A stretch of 64,000 nucleotides of DNA from the NCBI GenBank assembly GCA_040905505.1, contig JBBDRL010000109.1, positions 4,509-68,508 of the forward strand, written 5' to 3'. How positions within the stretch are numbered: the stretch's first letter is position 1; the number at the start of each line of letters is the position of its first letter. This document shows, piece by piece, positions 18,605-28,127 of the stretch. The notes beneath the pieces are model-generated. The model was not told where the DNA came from, did no database searches, and worked only from the letters and a program-made list of their open reading frames with translations. The stretch comes from Gemmatimonadota bacterium. GTDB taxonomy: Bacteria > Gemmatimonadota > Gemmatimonadetes > Longimicrobiales > Longimicrobiaceae. Made by a program: the position numbers and the translations under genes.

Positions 18605-20038
18605 CTAATCGGTCGCCTGATCGGCGTCATCGACGTTCACTGAAAGCTCCATCTCCTCGAGACGCCTGTACAACGTTCGCCGACTGATCCCCAGCAGCTT
18701 CGACGCCTGCCGTTTGTTGCCCTCGACCCGCCCCAGAACGTACCGGATGTACTGTGCCTCGAGCTCGGCTGCCGTGGGCAGAGCCGTTCCGCCCAGCAAC
18801 GACTCCAGCGGCCCCCAGTCACCGGCCGTCACCTTACCATCCTTTCGGATCCGTCCCGGCAGGTCCTCGACCCGGATCGTGGACCCACTGCAGAATGCGA
18901 CCGCCCGCTCGATCGCACTCTGTAGCTCCCGCACGTTGCCCGGGAACCCGTACCGCTTCAGTCGTTCGACGGCCCGAGGTGATAGTCCGCCGATTTCGCG
19001 ATCCATCTGACCGGCGTAGAGCTTGAGGAATCGTGCGGTGAGGAGCTCGAGATCGTCCACCCTCTCCCGCAGCGGGGGAACGCGGAGCAGGAAGGTTTCG
19101 AGCCGGAAATAGAGGTCCTCACGGAAGCTGCCGTCCTCCACCGCTCGCTCCATGTTCCGATTGGTCGCCGTCACGATCCGGACGTCGACGCGCCGCTCGC
19201 GATTGGCACCGACCGGCCGCACCATCCCGTCCTGAAGGACCCGCAGCAGCTTCGCCTGCAGTGCGGCCGGCATCTCACCGATTTCATCCAGGAAGATGGT
19301 TCCGCCGTCTGCCTCTTCGAACAGCCCCTTCCGCGCACGCGTCGCTCCCGTGAAGGCGCCGCTCTCGTGGCCGAAGATCTCGCTCTCCAGGAGCTCGCCG
19401 GGAATCCCCGCCGCATTCACCGCGACGAACGGCCGCCTGCTCCGGGCGCTCTCGCGGTGGATCGCCCGCGCCACCATCTCCTTGCCGACTCCGCTCTCCC
19501 CGACGATCAGCGCCGGTCCCTTCGCCCGGGCGACGCTACGGACCTGGTCGAACAGCGCCCGCATCGGCTTGCTCCTGCCGATCATACCGTGGAACGAGTC
19601 CGAGCCTAGAAGCTCGTGGTACTGCTGAACCTCGAGCCGCAGGCGTCGGTTCTCGAGCAACCGGCCGACGCGCATCATCAGATGATCCAGATCCAGCGGC
19701 TTCACCAGGAAATCGTCGGCCCCCAGCTTCAGGCATTCCACCGCCTGGTTCACGGTGCCGAACGCGGTCACGACCAGGAATGCCGGCCGTGGACGCAGTG
19801 ACTGCGAAAATGCCAGCAGGGCCTTGCCGTTCGCGCCGGGAAGTCGCAGATCCGAGATGATGAGGTCCGGTACGAGCCGACTCAGTAGGCGCTCAGCCTC
19901 TTCGGCCGAGTTCGCCGTTTCCACCGTATAGCCTGCTTCGGCGACTTCATCTTGCAGCAACGCGCAGAGCGACTCGTCGTCTTCGACGATCAGAACCGTC
20001 TCACCGCTGCGCCCGGCCTCGTTGTGAGGGTCAGCCAT
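18605..20038 (-). CDS. Sigma-54-dependent response regulator (NtrC family: receiver, AAA+, Fis-type HTH)
   Basis: The receiver has VLIVEDD. The AAA+ domain has GESGVGKE and GAFTGA. A C-terminal HTH is present. Start ATG 20038 overlaps the kinase stop by 8 nt (ATGGCTGA). Confidence 0.9.
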   Translation of the reverse strand: MADPHNEAGRSGETVLIVEDDESLCALLQDEVAEAGYTVETANSAEEAERLLSRLVPDLIISDLRLPGANGKALLAFSQSLRPRPAFLVVTAFGTVNQAVECLKLGADDFLVKPLDLDHLMMRVGRLLENRRLRLEVQQYHELLGSDSFHGMIGRSKPMRALFDQVRSVARAKGPALIVGESGVGKEMVARAIHRESARSRRPFVAVNAAGIPGELLESEIFGHESGAFTGATRARKGLFEEADGGTIFLDEIGEMPAALQAKLLRVLQDGMVRPVGANRERRVDVRIVTATNRNMERAVEDGSFREDLYFRLETFLLRVPPLRERVDDLELLTARFLKLYAGQMDREIGGLSPRAVERLKRYGFPGNVRELQSAIERAVAFCSGSTIRVEDLPGRIRKDGKVTAGDWGPLESLLGGTALPTAAELEAQYIRYVLGRVEGNKRQASKLLGISRRTLYRRLEEMELSVNVDDADQATD

Positions 20039-21548
20039 CTTCACTGACGGCCCTGGAATTCCCATTCCCATCGGGTGCTGGCAGAACGACGCGAAAACGG
20101 GCGCCGCCGAGCGGGCTCTCGTCCAGAACGATCCGGCCGCCGTGCTGCTCGATCAGCCCGTGCGCGACCGCGAGCCCCAGCCCCGTCCCCTCACCGACCT
20201 TCTTGGTGGTGAAGAAAGGTTCGAAAATCCGCGATCGTGATTGAGGAGGGATTCCGGGGCCGTCATCCTCCACCAGGAAGAACGGCTCGCCCATCTCCGT
20301 TCCCCAGCCCAGGCGAATCTCTCCGTCCGGTGCGGCCTGGGCCGAGTTGCGAAGCAGATTCGTCAGGACCTGCTCGATCTGCCAGGGATCGACTTCCAGA
20401 GCGGGCCCCGGTGGGCTGCCGATCATCTGGATCCGTGCCTCCTCTCCCTGCATCTCCTCCCGCATCGAAGCGACGGCCGCGCGACCAAGCTGCTCCGCCG
20501 AAACAAGTCGCCGCTGAAGCCGCGTCTGCCGGCCAAAATCCAGGAGCTGACGGACGATGCTTTCCATCCTCCGCACCTGCCCCCGGATCTCGGTGAGCGT
20601 ATCGTGGATGGGAGGTGAAAGATCCGGCAGCCGGACCGCCCGCTGCGCCTTTCCCGCAACCACGCTCAGGGGCGCTCCCAGCTCGTGCGCGACACCCGCC
20701 GAGAGCTGTCCCACCGCCGCGAGCTTCTCCGACAGAGCGAGGCGTTCCTCGAGAGTACGCTGGTGCTCCCGCTGGTCTTCCAGTGCCGCCTCTGTCTCGT
20801 CAATGCTGTCGAGCATCGAGTTCAGCGTCTCCGCCAGCGCGGCCAAATCCGCCGGGCCCTCTACCTCAGCTCGATGCGTCCGATCCCCGCCGCGTACGTG
20901 ATCCATGCTGCCCGATAGCCGCGACATCGGCCGCCCGATCGCCGCATGGTGCGCGTACAACACCAGCCCGACCACCAGCCCGAGCGCCAGCAACAGTCCT
21001 CCCCCAGCCCCTGCCTGGAGCGTCCTTACCTCTGCCTCGATATCGCTCCGCCTCCGCGTTACCTCCAGCAGCCCGATGATCTGCCCGCCAGCGTCCGTCA
21101 AGGGAACGAAGTACGAATACACACGACGACCGGCCACTTCCCCGTACTCCCCGCGGCGTGAACCCTCCGCCGCAATCTCGCTTAAACGCCCACGGTTCTG
21201 CTCCACTTCCTCCGCCCCGGAAGCCGCGATCCGACTCCCGGCCGCATCGTAGACCGACGTCCCGTAAACCCGGTTCGTCCGGAACACCGACGCGACGATC
21301 TGGTCGATGCTCCCCTGTCTGTCACGCTCGAGTGCATGCTCCAGCGGCAGCCGAACCGCCCGCGCAACCAGCTCCACCTCCTTCTCGAGCCGACTCTGCG
21401 CCCAGTCCTCGAACAACTTCAAGCCCGAGTAGCCCAGCAGCCCCAGGAGCACCACCAGCGGCCCCAGCACGGCCAGAAGTAGGGTGCTCCGAACGCTGTA
21501 GCGGCCGGCCTTACTCGCCGGCGACGACCGTGATCTAAATGGATACAT
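20031..21548 (-). CDS. Sensor histidine kinase (periplasmic or TM sensor, HAMP, HisKA, HATPase)
   Basis: 505 aa with the H-box AHELGAP, N-box NLLRNSAQA, and G boxes DDGPGI and GTGLGL. Confidence 0.9.
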   Translation of the reverse strand: MYPFRSRSSPASKAGRYSVRSTLLLAVLGPLVVLLGLLGYSGLKLFEDWAQSRLEKEVELVARAVRLPLEHALERDRQGSIDQIVASVFRTNRVYGTSVYDAAGSRIAASGAEEVEQNRGRLSEIAAEGSRRGEYGEVAGRRVYSYFVPLTDAGGQIIGLLEVTRRRSDIEAEVRTLQAGAGGGLLLALGLVVGLVLYAHHAAIGRPMSRLSGSMDHVRGGDRTHRAEVEGPADLAALAETLNSMLDSIDETEAALEDQREHQRTLEERLALSEKLAAVGQLSAGVAHELGAPLSVVAGKAQRAVRLPDLSPPIHDTLTEIRGQVRRMESIVRQLLDFGRQTRLQRRLVSAEQLGRAAVASMREEMQGEEARIQMIGSPPGPALEVDPWQIEQVLTNLLRNSAQAAPDGEIRLGWGTEMGEPFFLVEDDGPGIPPQSRSRIFEPFFTTKKVGEGTGLGLAVAHGLIEQHGGRIVLDESPLGGARFRVVLPAPDGNGNSRAVSEDG

Positions 21549-21694
21549 GTGTCACAATGTTACAAGATCCGGGCTTTTGTGCAACCCCTCACAGCGGCCT
21601 TTGGGGCGTGCTCGTATTGAGGGGGTTCCCTCGACAACCCGCGTGAACACTGTGATATGTCAGCACATCGATACGCCTGGAAAAGGGATTGGCG

Positions 21695-21748
21695 AATGTG
21701 GAACGCCCCGTGCCTCGAAGGGGCCACCACGCACGGGGCGTTCACATT
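21695..21748. repeat. Large inverted repeat in the divergent promoter region (candidate activator site or hairpin)
   Basis: AATGTGGAACGCCCCGTGC (21695-21713) and GCACGGGGCGTTCACATT (21731-21748) are complementary except for one extra G. The loop is 17 nt and the repeat is followed by TT. Confidence 0.6.
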
Positions 21749-21871
21749 TTCGCCTCGGCCTGCCATCCGGGGTGTTCCGCTGCGAAGGAACCGGCCCACG
21801 GAGTGGCGCGCGAGGCAGGGAGTCGCCCTGCCGGCGATCGAGTTACCCGTCATTTCAACGAGGAGCTGTAG

Positions 21872-22273
21872 ATGCACACTCGAATCACTCGAATTCTCGT
21901 CCTTTCGGCCGTTGTTACGCTGTTGACCTTTGCAGGGGCGCCGGAGGCGATTGCGCAGGAGGCCGCACCACCGCCGACATCCGGATCGGTGGAATTGACG
22001 AACACAGAGCTGGAAGATTTCGCAGAGGCGTACGTCGAGGTACAGGAGATCGGGATGGCGCATCAGGAGGCACTCGCCGCCGCGGCCTCGGCAGAGGAAG
22101 CGCAGGCGCTCCAGGCGCAGGCTTCCGAAGAAATGGCGGCGGCCGTTCAGTCACACGGTGTGACGCCCGAGGAGTATACGGAAGTGGTGAACGCGCTGAA
22201 TCAGGACGAGGAGCTGCTGCTGCGCTTCTCCATCATCCTAGAGGAACTGGGGTATTCAGAGGACGGGAGATAG
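21872..22273 (+). CDS. DUF4168-like secreted protein
   Basis: 133 aa with a signal peptide. The repeated helical motifs EDFAEAYVEVQEI and EEYTEVVNALNQDEEL resemble the DUF4168 family. Confidence 0.65.
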   Translation: MHTRITRILVLSAVVTLLTFAGAPEAIAQEAAPPPTSGSVELTNTELEDFAEAYVEVQEIGMAHQEALAAAASAEEAQALQAQASEEMAAAVQSHGVTPEEYTEVVNALNQDEELLLRFSIILEELGYSEDGR

Positions 22274-22332
22274 AGACCGCGCCATGCGGAGCATTTCGGC
22301 AGCCGTAATGTGATGAAGCCGGAATGTGTGTG

Positions 22333-22365
22333 CGGCCGGAGGGGAGCGGATTCCCCCTCCGGCCG
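22333..22365. terminator. GC-rich hairpin between convergent genes (bidirectional terminator candidate)
   Basis: CGGCCGGAGGGG (22333-22344) pairs perfectly with CCCCTCCGGCCG (22354-22365) around a 9-nt loop. There is no strong U-tract. Confidence 0.5.
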
Positions 22366-22419
22366 TCGGCGTTGTTGCCATCATTGGCTTGCGAACACCT
22401 CGGCGTCGTGACTGTGTCG

Positions 22420-22578
22420 TTAGACCTGTGCCCTGATCTTCTGCACGACCCAGATCGCAAAGAGAATGAGCGCCCCGATCCACAGAAGGTGGAGCGCCGC
22501 TCCGAGAACCCACCCCACCACCTCCGCCACCGCCCACAAAGCGATCAGCAGGATCGCCACTATGATTAGCCAGTTCAT
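22420..22578 (-). CDS. Small two-TM membrane protein (52 aa), resembling the lmo0937-type small membrane protein family
   Basis: Below the ORF-track size cutoff. The reverse strand reads GGAGGTAGCGA-ATG then MNWLIIVAILLIALWAVAEVVGWVLGAALHLLWIGALILFAIWVVQKIRAQV and a stop. It has a strong SD and GC-rich third positions. Confidence 0.6.
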   Translation of the reverse strand: MNWLIIVAILLIALWAVAEVVGWVLGAALHLLWIGALILFAIWVVQKIRAQV

Positions 22579-22775
22579 TCGCTACCTCCAGTTGAAGTTC
22601 AGAGGCGGATTTCAAGCACGAAGCGTTCCCGCCGGTAACCGAGCACCGGCCTCCGCCATTCCGCGCTACCGAACGCCAGTGAGATCCGTCGCCCTTGACC
22701 GTTCGGCCATCCCGGGTGAAAGATGATGCGTCAACCCTGCCCAGCACTCCTCTTCTTCATCGGGGGTCGTCTTCC

Positions 22776-23837
22776 ATGATGCCATCACCTCGCACCGCCG
22801 TCTCGGTCGGGCTTCTGATCGCCTTCGCCACCGCCGTGGAAGCGCAGCAGCCTCAGCAGTGGCCAGCCGAGCCCTACCGCGCCACGGGAGACTCGTGGGG
22901 TACGCTTCCCAATGGCATGGAGTGGGGTGCCACCAGCACGATCGACGTCGCGCCCGACGGGCAAACGATCTGGGTCGCCGAAAGATGCGGCGCGAACGAC
23001 TGCCGCGGCGTCTCCGATCGCCCCACCATCTTCCACATGGACTTCGACGGAAACGTTCTCCATGCTTTCGGCGAGGGACTCGTCAACTGGCCCCACGGCT
23101 TCGATGTGGACCACGAGGGCAACGTCTGGGTGACCGACGGACGAGACGACCGCGCCCTTTCCGCCGCCGAGGGCACGGCTACGACCGCCGCCACCGTGAC
23201 CGGCCACCAGGTCCTCAAGTTCAGCCCGACCGGCGAGCTCCTCCTGACACTCGGCGATCCGGGGGGCGGCACCCGCCCCTCCAGCTACTTCTGGCAGCCC
23301 AATGACGTCCAGGTCGCTCCAAACGGTGACATCTTCGTCGCCGAAGGCCATTCCTCCGCGGACGGATCTACCGCGCGCGTCCTGAAGTTCGACGGCGAAG
23401 GCGAGTTCATCACCGCTTGGGGCGAGCTCGGCACCGCCGACGGCCAGTTCGACCAGCCGCACGCGCTCGAAATGGATTCGCAGGGCCGCCTCTTCGTCGC
23501 CGACCGCGGGAACAGCCGCATCCAGATCTTCACCCAGGACGGCGAACACCTCGCCACCTGGACGCAGTTCGGTCGTCCGAGCGGCCTTTTCATCGACGAG
23601 AACGACATCCTCTACGCGACCGACTCCGAGTCCAATACCCGCCGCAATCCGGGCTGGCGACGCGGGGTCTACATCGGCAGCGTTCGCGACGGTTGGGTCA
23701 GCGAATTCATCTCCGACCCCGAGCCTGATCCGGATGACTCCGGCACCAGCGGCGGAGAAGGTGTCGCCGTCGACGCGACCGGCGCCGTCTACACCGCCGA
23801 GGTCGGACCGCGCCGCGTGAGGAAGTTCGTCAGGTAG
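22776..23837 (+). CDS. NHL-repeat beta-propeller protein (peptidyl-alpha-hydroxyglycine lyase-like), secreted
   Basis: In-frame ATG 22776 gives a signal peptide (MMPSPRTAVSVGLLIAFATAVEAQ). NHL-like repeats include VAPNGDIFVAEGH, DSQGRLFVADRGNSRIQIF and DENDILYATDS. Confidence 0.75.
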   Translation: MMPSPRTAVSVGLLIAFATAVEAQQPQQWPAEPYRATGDSWGTLPNGMEWGATSTIDVAPDGQTIWVAERCGANDCRGVSDRPTIFHMDFDGNVLHAFGEGLVNWPHGFDVDHEGNVWVTDGRDDRALSAAEGTATTAATVTGHQVLKFSPTGELLLTLGDPGGGTRPSSYFWQPNDVQVAPNGDIFVAEGHSSADGSTARVLKFDGEGEFITAWGELGTADGQFDQPHALEMDSQGRLFVADRGNSRIQIFTQDGEHLATWTQFGRPSGLFIDENDILYATDSESNTRRNPGWRRGVYIGSVRDGWVSEFISDPEPDPDDSGTSGGEGVAVDATGAVYTAEVGPRRVRKFVR

Positions 23838-23888
23838 CACGGCCGGCGCAGGCTCGGAAAGCCATTTCCCGGCCCGACGCCCCGTTCC

Positions 23889-23916
23889 TTGACAATACGC
23901 CCCGGGGGTATATATT
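23889..23916 (+). promoter_or_regulatory. Sigma-70-type promoter of the copper operon
   Basis: TTGACA (23889-23894), a 16-nt spacer, then TATATT (23911-23916). Confidence 0.7.
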
Positions 23917-23938
23917 GCCGATACCCCCGGGGCGTATT
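23894..23938. promoter_or_regulatory. Two CsoR-type operator boxes forming a perfect 18-nt inverted repeat
   Basis: AATACGCCCCGGGGGTAT (23894-23911) and ATACCCCCGGGGCGTATT (23921-23938) are exact reverse complements. Each box is itself a G/C-tract pseudo-palindrome. Box 1 fills the promoter spacer and box 2 covers the predicted +1. Confidence 0.75.
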
Positions 23939-23988
23939 GTTTCGTTCGGGTCTCGACGGGGGTTCACGCCTTGCCTGTGGGAGGGGGT

Positions 23989-24366
23989 ATGACACCGACG
24001 GAGATGCTGGTAATACTGGTGGCGATCGCGGCGATCGTTTGGGTGAACTGGTACTTCTTCGTGGCCGGTGGAGCGGAAGCCGCGGCTTCTTTTTCGAGTG
24101 GGGTTCAGGAGGTCACGATAAGGGTGCAGGGTGGCTACGAACCTTCGCGCGTGCTGGTGCGGCGAGGCAAGCCGGTGCGGCTGATCTTCGATCGTCAGGA
24201 GACGTCTGGGTGTTCCGAGGAGGTTGTTATTCCGGACTTCGGCGTCCGGCGATTCCTTGCCCCGTACGAGCGGACGGCGATCGAGGTCACTCCCGAAGAG
24301 GCGGGCACGTATGAGTTCACCTGCGGCATGAGCATGTTGCGAGGCCGTCTAGTGGTGGAGGAATAG
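23989..24366 (+). CDS. Membrane-anchored cupredoxin-like copper-binding protein
   Basis: ATG 23989 is preceded by GGGAGGGGG. It has one TM helix then a beta domain with C..C.M ligand-like residues (SGCSEEV, FTCGMSM). It lies directly upstream of copA. Confidence 0.75.
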   Translation: MTPTEMLVILVAIAAIVWVNWYFFVAGGAEAAASFSSGVQEVTIRVQGGYEPSRVLVRRGKPVRLIFDRQETSGCSEEVVIPDFGVRRFLAPYERTAIEVTPEEAGTYEFTCGMSMLRGRLVVEE

Positions 24367-24370
24367 AGAG

Positions 24371-26800
24371 ATGAAGACCAGAACTGAAGGCGCGGCGGCC
24401 TCCGGGGCTGACGCGGCGGTTGTGGCGAATGGGCGAGCGGACCGCCAGGTGAAGGTGACGATACCCGTGAGGGGGATGACGTGCGCCGCCTGCAGTTCTC
24501 GCGTCCAGCGTGCCCTCACCAGGACTCCCGGTGTCGGCGAGGCGGCGGTGAACCTGATGATGGGGAGCGCCGTCGTCACCTATGACGAGGGTGCGGTACA
24601 GCCGAACCAGTTGGTGTCGATCATCCAGGACACGGGCTACGAGGCCGGGCTGCCCCGGGTGGAGCAGAGTGCTTTCGAGGAGCAGGAGTCGCAGGACCGG
24701 ACGCAGGAGGAGGAGTTCCGGTCATTCCGACGCAAGGCGATCATCAGTCTGATCGCGGCGGCCATCGGGATGATCATCTCCATGCCGGTCATGAGCGCGA
24801 GCGCCGCGGCCGGTCATGCGCTCGCCGGAGAGGGGCGGCCCGCCGATCCTTTCCTGACCTGGACGCACGGTGTGATCGACCCCTGGGTGCAGGGTCTGGT
24901 CCCGTGGCTGTACGGGATCGATCCGCAGATTCTCGTTTACCTCCTGCTGGCTCTCACGGTGCTCGTCATGAGCTGGGCGGGGCGGCATTTCTATACCCGC
25001 GCATGGGCTGCGTTCCGGCATCATGCGGCGGACATGAACACACTCGTGGCCCTGGGGACGGGTGCCGCCTTTCTGTTCTCGCTGATCGCGACCTTCTTTC
25101 CGGAGGTCTTCGTCAGCAGGGGTCTCAATCCCGACGTCTACTACGAGGCGGTCCTCTTCATTATCGGGCTGATCCTGGTCGGCAACATGTTCGAGGCACG
25201 CGCCAAGCGTCAGACCTCGCGGGCGTTGCGCAAGCTGATGGACCTGCGGCCGAGTATCGCCCGCGTCATTCGTAGCGACGTGGAGATGGACCTGCCGGTC
25301 GAGGAAGTCGTGGCGGACGACGTCGTCGTAGTGCGGCCTGGAGAGCGGATCCCGGTCGACGGCGAGGTGGTGTCAGGATCGTCCGCCGTGGACGAGTCGA
25401 TGTTGACCGGCGAGAGTCTACCGGTCGAGAAGGGAGCGGGCGACCGGGTGATCGGCGGCACGATCAACCGCACGGGTGCTTTCCGCTACCGGGCGACCAA
25501 TCTGGGCGCCGATAGCATGCTCGCGCAGATCGTGAAGCTCATGCGGGATGCACAGGGTTCGCGAGCCCCGATCCAGCGTCTCGTCGATCGGGTGACGGGA
25601 GTCTTCGTGCCGGTGGTGATCTCCCTCGCCATCGCGACCTTCGCGGTCTGGTTCGTCGCGGCTGAGAGCGCGCCGCTCGTGCGGGCGTTCGCGGCGTCCA
25701 TCGCCGTGCTGATCATCGCATGTCCCTGTGCGATGGGGCTCGCGGTCCCGACCGCGGTCATGGTGGCGACGGGGAAGGGGGCGGAAGCCGGCATTCTGAT
25801 CAAGGGCGGTGAAGCGCTTCAGCGGGCTCGTGATGTCCAGATCGTCGTGCTCGACAAGACCGGTACGGTAACCGAGGGCCGACCGGCGCTGACCGACGTG
25901 CTGCCCGACCCGAACGCCGGGCTTACGGCCGAACGCCTGCTCGCCCTGGTCGCATCCCTCGAGGCCTGGTCCGAGCACCCACTGGCGGAGGCGATCGTTC
26001 GCCACGCCGACGAACTGGAATTGCCGCGGCTGCCTGTCGAAGATTTCGAATCGCGAACCGGGATGGGGGCGGTCGGGGTGGTCGATGGGGCCGCGCTCGC
26101 CGTCGGCAACGATCGCTTGATGGGCGATTACGCCATCGACGTCACTCCGCTCCAGGACGAGGTGACGCGCCTTTCCGAGCGCGGCCGCACGGCGATGTAC
26201 GTCGCCGCCGACGGACGCCTGGCGGGCGTGCTCGCGGTGGCGGACCCGGTCAAGGAGACCTCGCGAGAGGCGATCCGGCGACTGCATGCGATGGGTCTGG
26301 ACGTGGTAATGCTCACGGGCGACAACCGTAGAACTGCCGAGGCCGTCGCGCGAGAGGCGGGGATCGACCGTGTGGTAGCTGAGGTCCTCCCTGAAGGAAA
26401 GGTCGCGGAGATCCGTCGCTTGCAGTCGGAGGGCCGTGTGGTCGCCATGGTCGGCGACGGGATCAACGATGCACCGGCCCTGTCGCAGGCAGACGTGGGC
26501 ATCGCCCTCGGTACCGGGACCGATATCGCCGCCGAGGCCGGCGACGTGGTTCTCATGCGCGGCGATCTGACAGGCGTCGCCTCCGCGATACGACTATCGC
26601 GCCGCACGTTGGGAACGATGAAGCAGAACCTCTTCTGGGCCTTCGTCTACAACACGCTGGGAATTCCGATCGCGGCCGGCGTCCTCTACCCGGCCTTCGG
26701 CATTCTGCTCAGCCCGGTCCTGGCCAGCGCCGCGATGGCGTTCAGCTCGGTCAGCGTGGTGACCAACAGCCTGCGGCTCCGAACCGTCCGCTTGAGCTGA
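24371..26800 (+). CDS. copA: Copper-translocating P1B-type ATPase
   Basis: 809 aa with the HMA domain [14 protein letters not shown] in TM6 (ACPCAMGLA), DKTGT, TGDN and GDGINDAP. Confidence 0.95.
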   Translation: MKTRTEGAAASGADAAVVANGRADRQVKVTIPVRGMTCAACSSRVQRALTRTPGVGEAAVNLMMGSAVVTYDEGAVQPNQLVSIIQDTGYEAGLPRVEQSAFEEQESQDRTQEEEFRSFRRKAIISLIAAAIGMIISMPVMSASAAAGHALAGEGRPADPFLTWTHGVIDPWVQGLVPWLYGIDPQILVYLLLALTVLVMSWAGRHFYTRAWAAFRHHAADMNTLVALGTGAAFLFSLIATFFPEVFVSRGLNPDVYYEAVLFIIGLILVGNMFEARAKRQTSRALRKLMDLRPSIARVIRSDVEMDLPVEEVVADDVVVVRPGERIPVDGEVVSGSSAVDESMLTGESLPVEKGAGDRVIGGTINRTGAFRYRATNLGADSMLAQIVKLMRDAQGSRAPIQRLVDRVTGVFVPVVISLAIATFAVWFVAAESAPLVRAFAASIAVLIIACPCAMGLAVPTAVMVATGKGAEAGILIKGGEALQRARDVQIVVLDKTGTVTEGRPALTDVLPDPNAGLTAERLLALVASLEAWSEHPLAEAIVRHADELELPRLPVEDFESRTGMGAVGVVDGAALAVGNDRLMGDYAIDVTPLQDEVTRLSERGRTAMYVAADGRLAGVLAVADPVKETSREAIRRLHAMGLDVVMLTGDNRRTAEAVAREAGIDRVVAEVLPEGKVAEIRRLQSEGRVVAMVGDGINDAPALSQADVGIALGTGTDIAAEAGDVVLMRGDLTGVASAIRLSRRTLGTMKQNLFWAFVYNTLGIPIAAGVLYPAFGILLSPVLASAAMAFSSVSVVTNSLRLRTVRLS

Positions 26801-26877
26801 GGTTCGGAAATCGGGAGCAGGCACGCCCCGCCGCGAACAGAGTCCCTGATGCACCCGTACCGGACGTGTCCTGAAGA

Positions 26878-27270
26878 ATGGATCGAGAGGATCTGATGAG
26901 AACGGAAGATGAACAGGTGGAGCGAGGCACGGCGGGCATCCCTCAACACGAGGGCGATGCGGGCGAAGATGAACACTGCGAGCGGCTCGCCGTCGGGGTC
27001 GATCCCGACGTCAAGGATCGTAATCTCAAGCGCCTGCGGCGCATCGAGGGCCAGGTCCGCGGTCTGCACCGGATGGTCGACGAGGAGCGCTACTGCGCCG
27101 ACGTCCTGACGCAGATCTCATCCGTGCACCAGGCGTTGCGGAGCGTCGGCCGCGAGCTGGTCCGCAATCACCTCAAACATTGCGGAGCGACCGCGATACG
27201 GAGCGGCGGGGAGGACGCCGAGCAGATGTATGACGAGGTGGTCGACATGATGTTCAAGCACATCCGGTGA
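26878..27270 (+). CDS. csoR: CsoR/RcnR-family metal-sensing repressor (copper-type C-H-C ligands)
   Basis: The C-terminal 85 aa read LKRLRRIEGQVRGLHRMVDEERYCADVLTQISSVHQALRSVGRELVRNHLKHC. An acidic, His-rich N-terminal extension precedes them, and the start could be ATG 26896. Confidence 0.85.
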   Translation: MDREDLMRTEDEQVERGTAGIPQHEGDAGEDEHCERLAVGVDPDVKDRNLKRLRRIEGQVRGLHRMVDEERYCADVLTQISSVHQALRSVGRELVRNHLKHCGATAIRSGGEDAEQMYDEVVDMMFKHIR

Positions 27271-27306
27271 GCTGCTCCGGTCGCACCTCCTGCGGGCTTC
27301 GGGAAC

Positions 27307-28068
27307 CTACCAGTCAGCGCCCCCTATTGCGATCACCGGCGGCCACACCAGCGTATCCTGCCGCTCGGAGTAGTGGAGAAGCGGTGGACCGTCAGGAAGG
27401 GAGATCCGGTGAGCGGAGGCGACGGAGTTGGTCTCGACGATGGCTTCGGCTCGCTGGAGCGGCCACGGCCGGTGATGGATCTCCCCCCGCAGTATCGTTC
27501 CATTCCGTAGTACGCTGTAGAGGGCGTAGCGCTCCGACAGGAAGTGCTCGAGCGATCCCGCTTCCGCCTGGAATACGTCGCCTTCCGGTCGATAGCGCGC
27601 CATGAACTCTGCCCCCGTCGCATCCTGCCTTCGACTACGGTATCGAACCCACCCGTCGGTGCCCGCTTCGACATGCATATCGGCCGTGTAGTAGGGCAGG
27701 CGATAGCCGATCCGCGCGCCCAGAACAGCCAGCCGACTGCCGGCGTCGAGGCTGAAGAAGTGAATCCCCGGCTTGCCTTTGAACCGGACGTAGGTCCGCA
27801 GGTTCATCTCCGGGAATTCGGAGAGTCCAGGGACCGGCGGAAGGAAACGGGCGTGCAGGCCGGTGAGTCGAAACGGGGTCAGGCCCACCCAGGCGCTTCC
27901 CTCGAATTCCTCCAGCACCAGTTCCCGCGGTACGAGCGGACGCAGGGCGTCGGCGGGCACCGGCCAGTGGGCGAACAGCAGCTGCCGCCAGCTCTGGAAC
28001 ATGACCCACGGCGCCCGCGGTAGTGGCCAGGGCCGGTGAGACGTAGTCTCAAGGATTTCGTGAGACAT
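27307..28068 (-). CDS. DUF2071 (YqjF-like) family protein
   Basis: 253 aa. RPWPLPRAPWVMFQSWRQLLFAHWPV and NLRTYVR are typical of the family. Confidence 0.75.
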   Translation of the reverse strand: MSHEILETTSHRPWPLPRAPWVMFQSWRQLLFAHWPVPADALRPLVPRELVLEEFEGSAWVGLTPFRLTGLHARFLPPVPGLSEFPEMNLRTYVRFKGKPGIHFFSLDAGSRLAVLGARIGYRLPYYTADMHVEAGTDGWVRYRSRRQDATGAEFMARYRPEGDVFQAEAGSLEHFLSERYALYSVLRNGTILRGEIHHRPWPLQRAEAIVETNSVASAHRISLPDGPPLLHYSERQDTLVWPPVIAIGGADW

Positions 28069-28127
28069 CTGGGTCGATGATGGGGTGTCGCATCACGCGC
28101 CCGGTCGGGCGCCGCGAAGGGCGTTGC

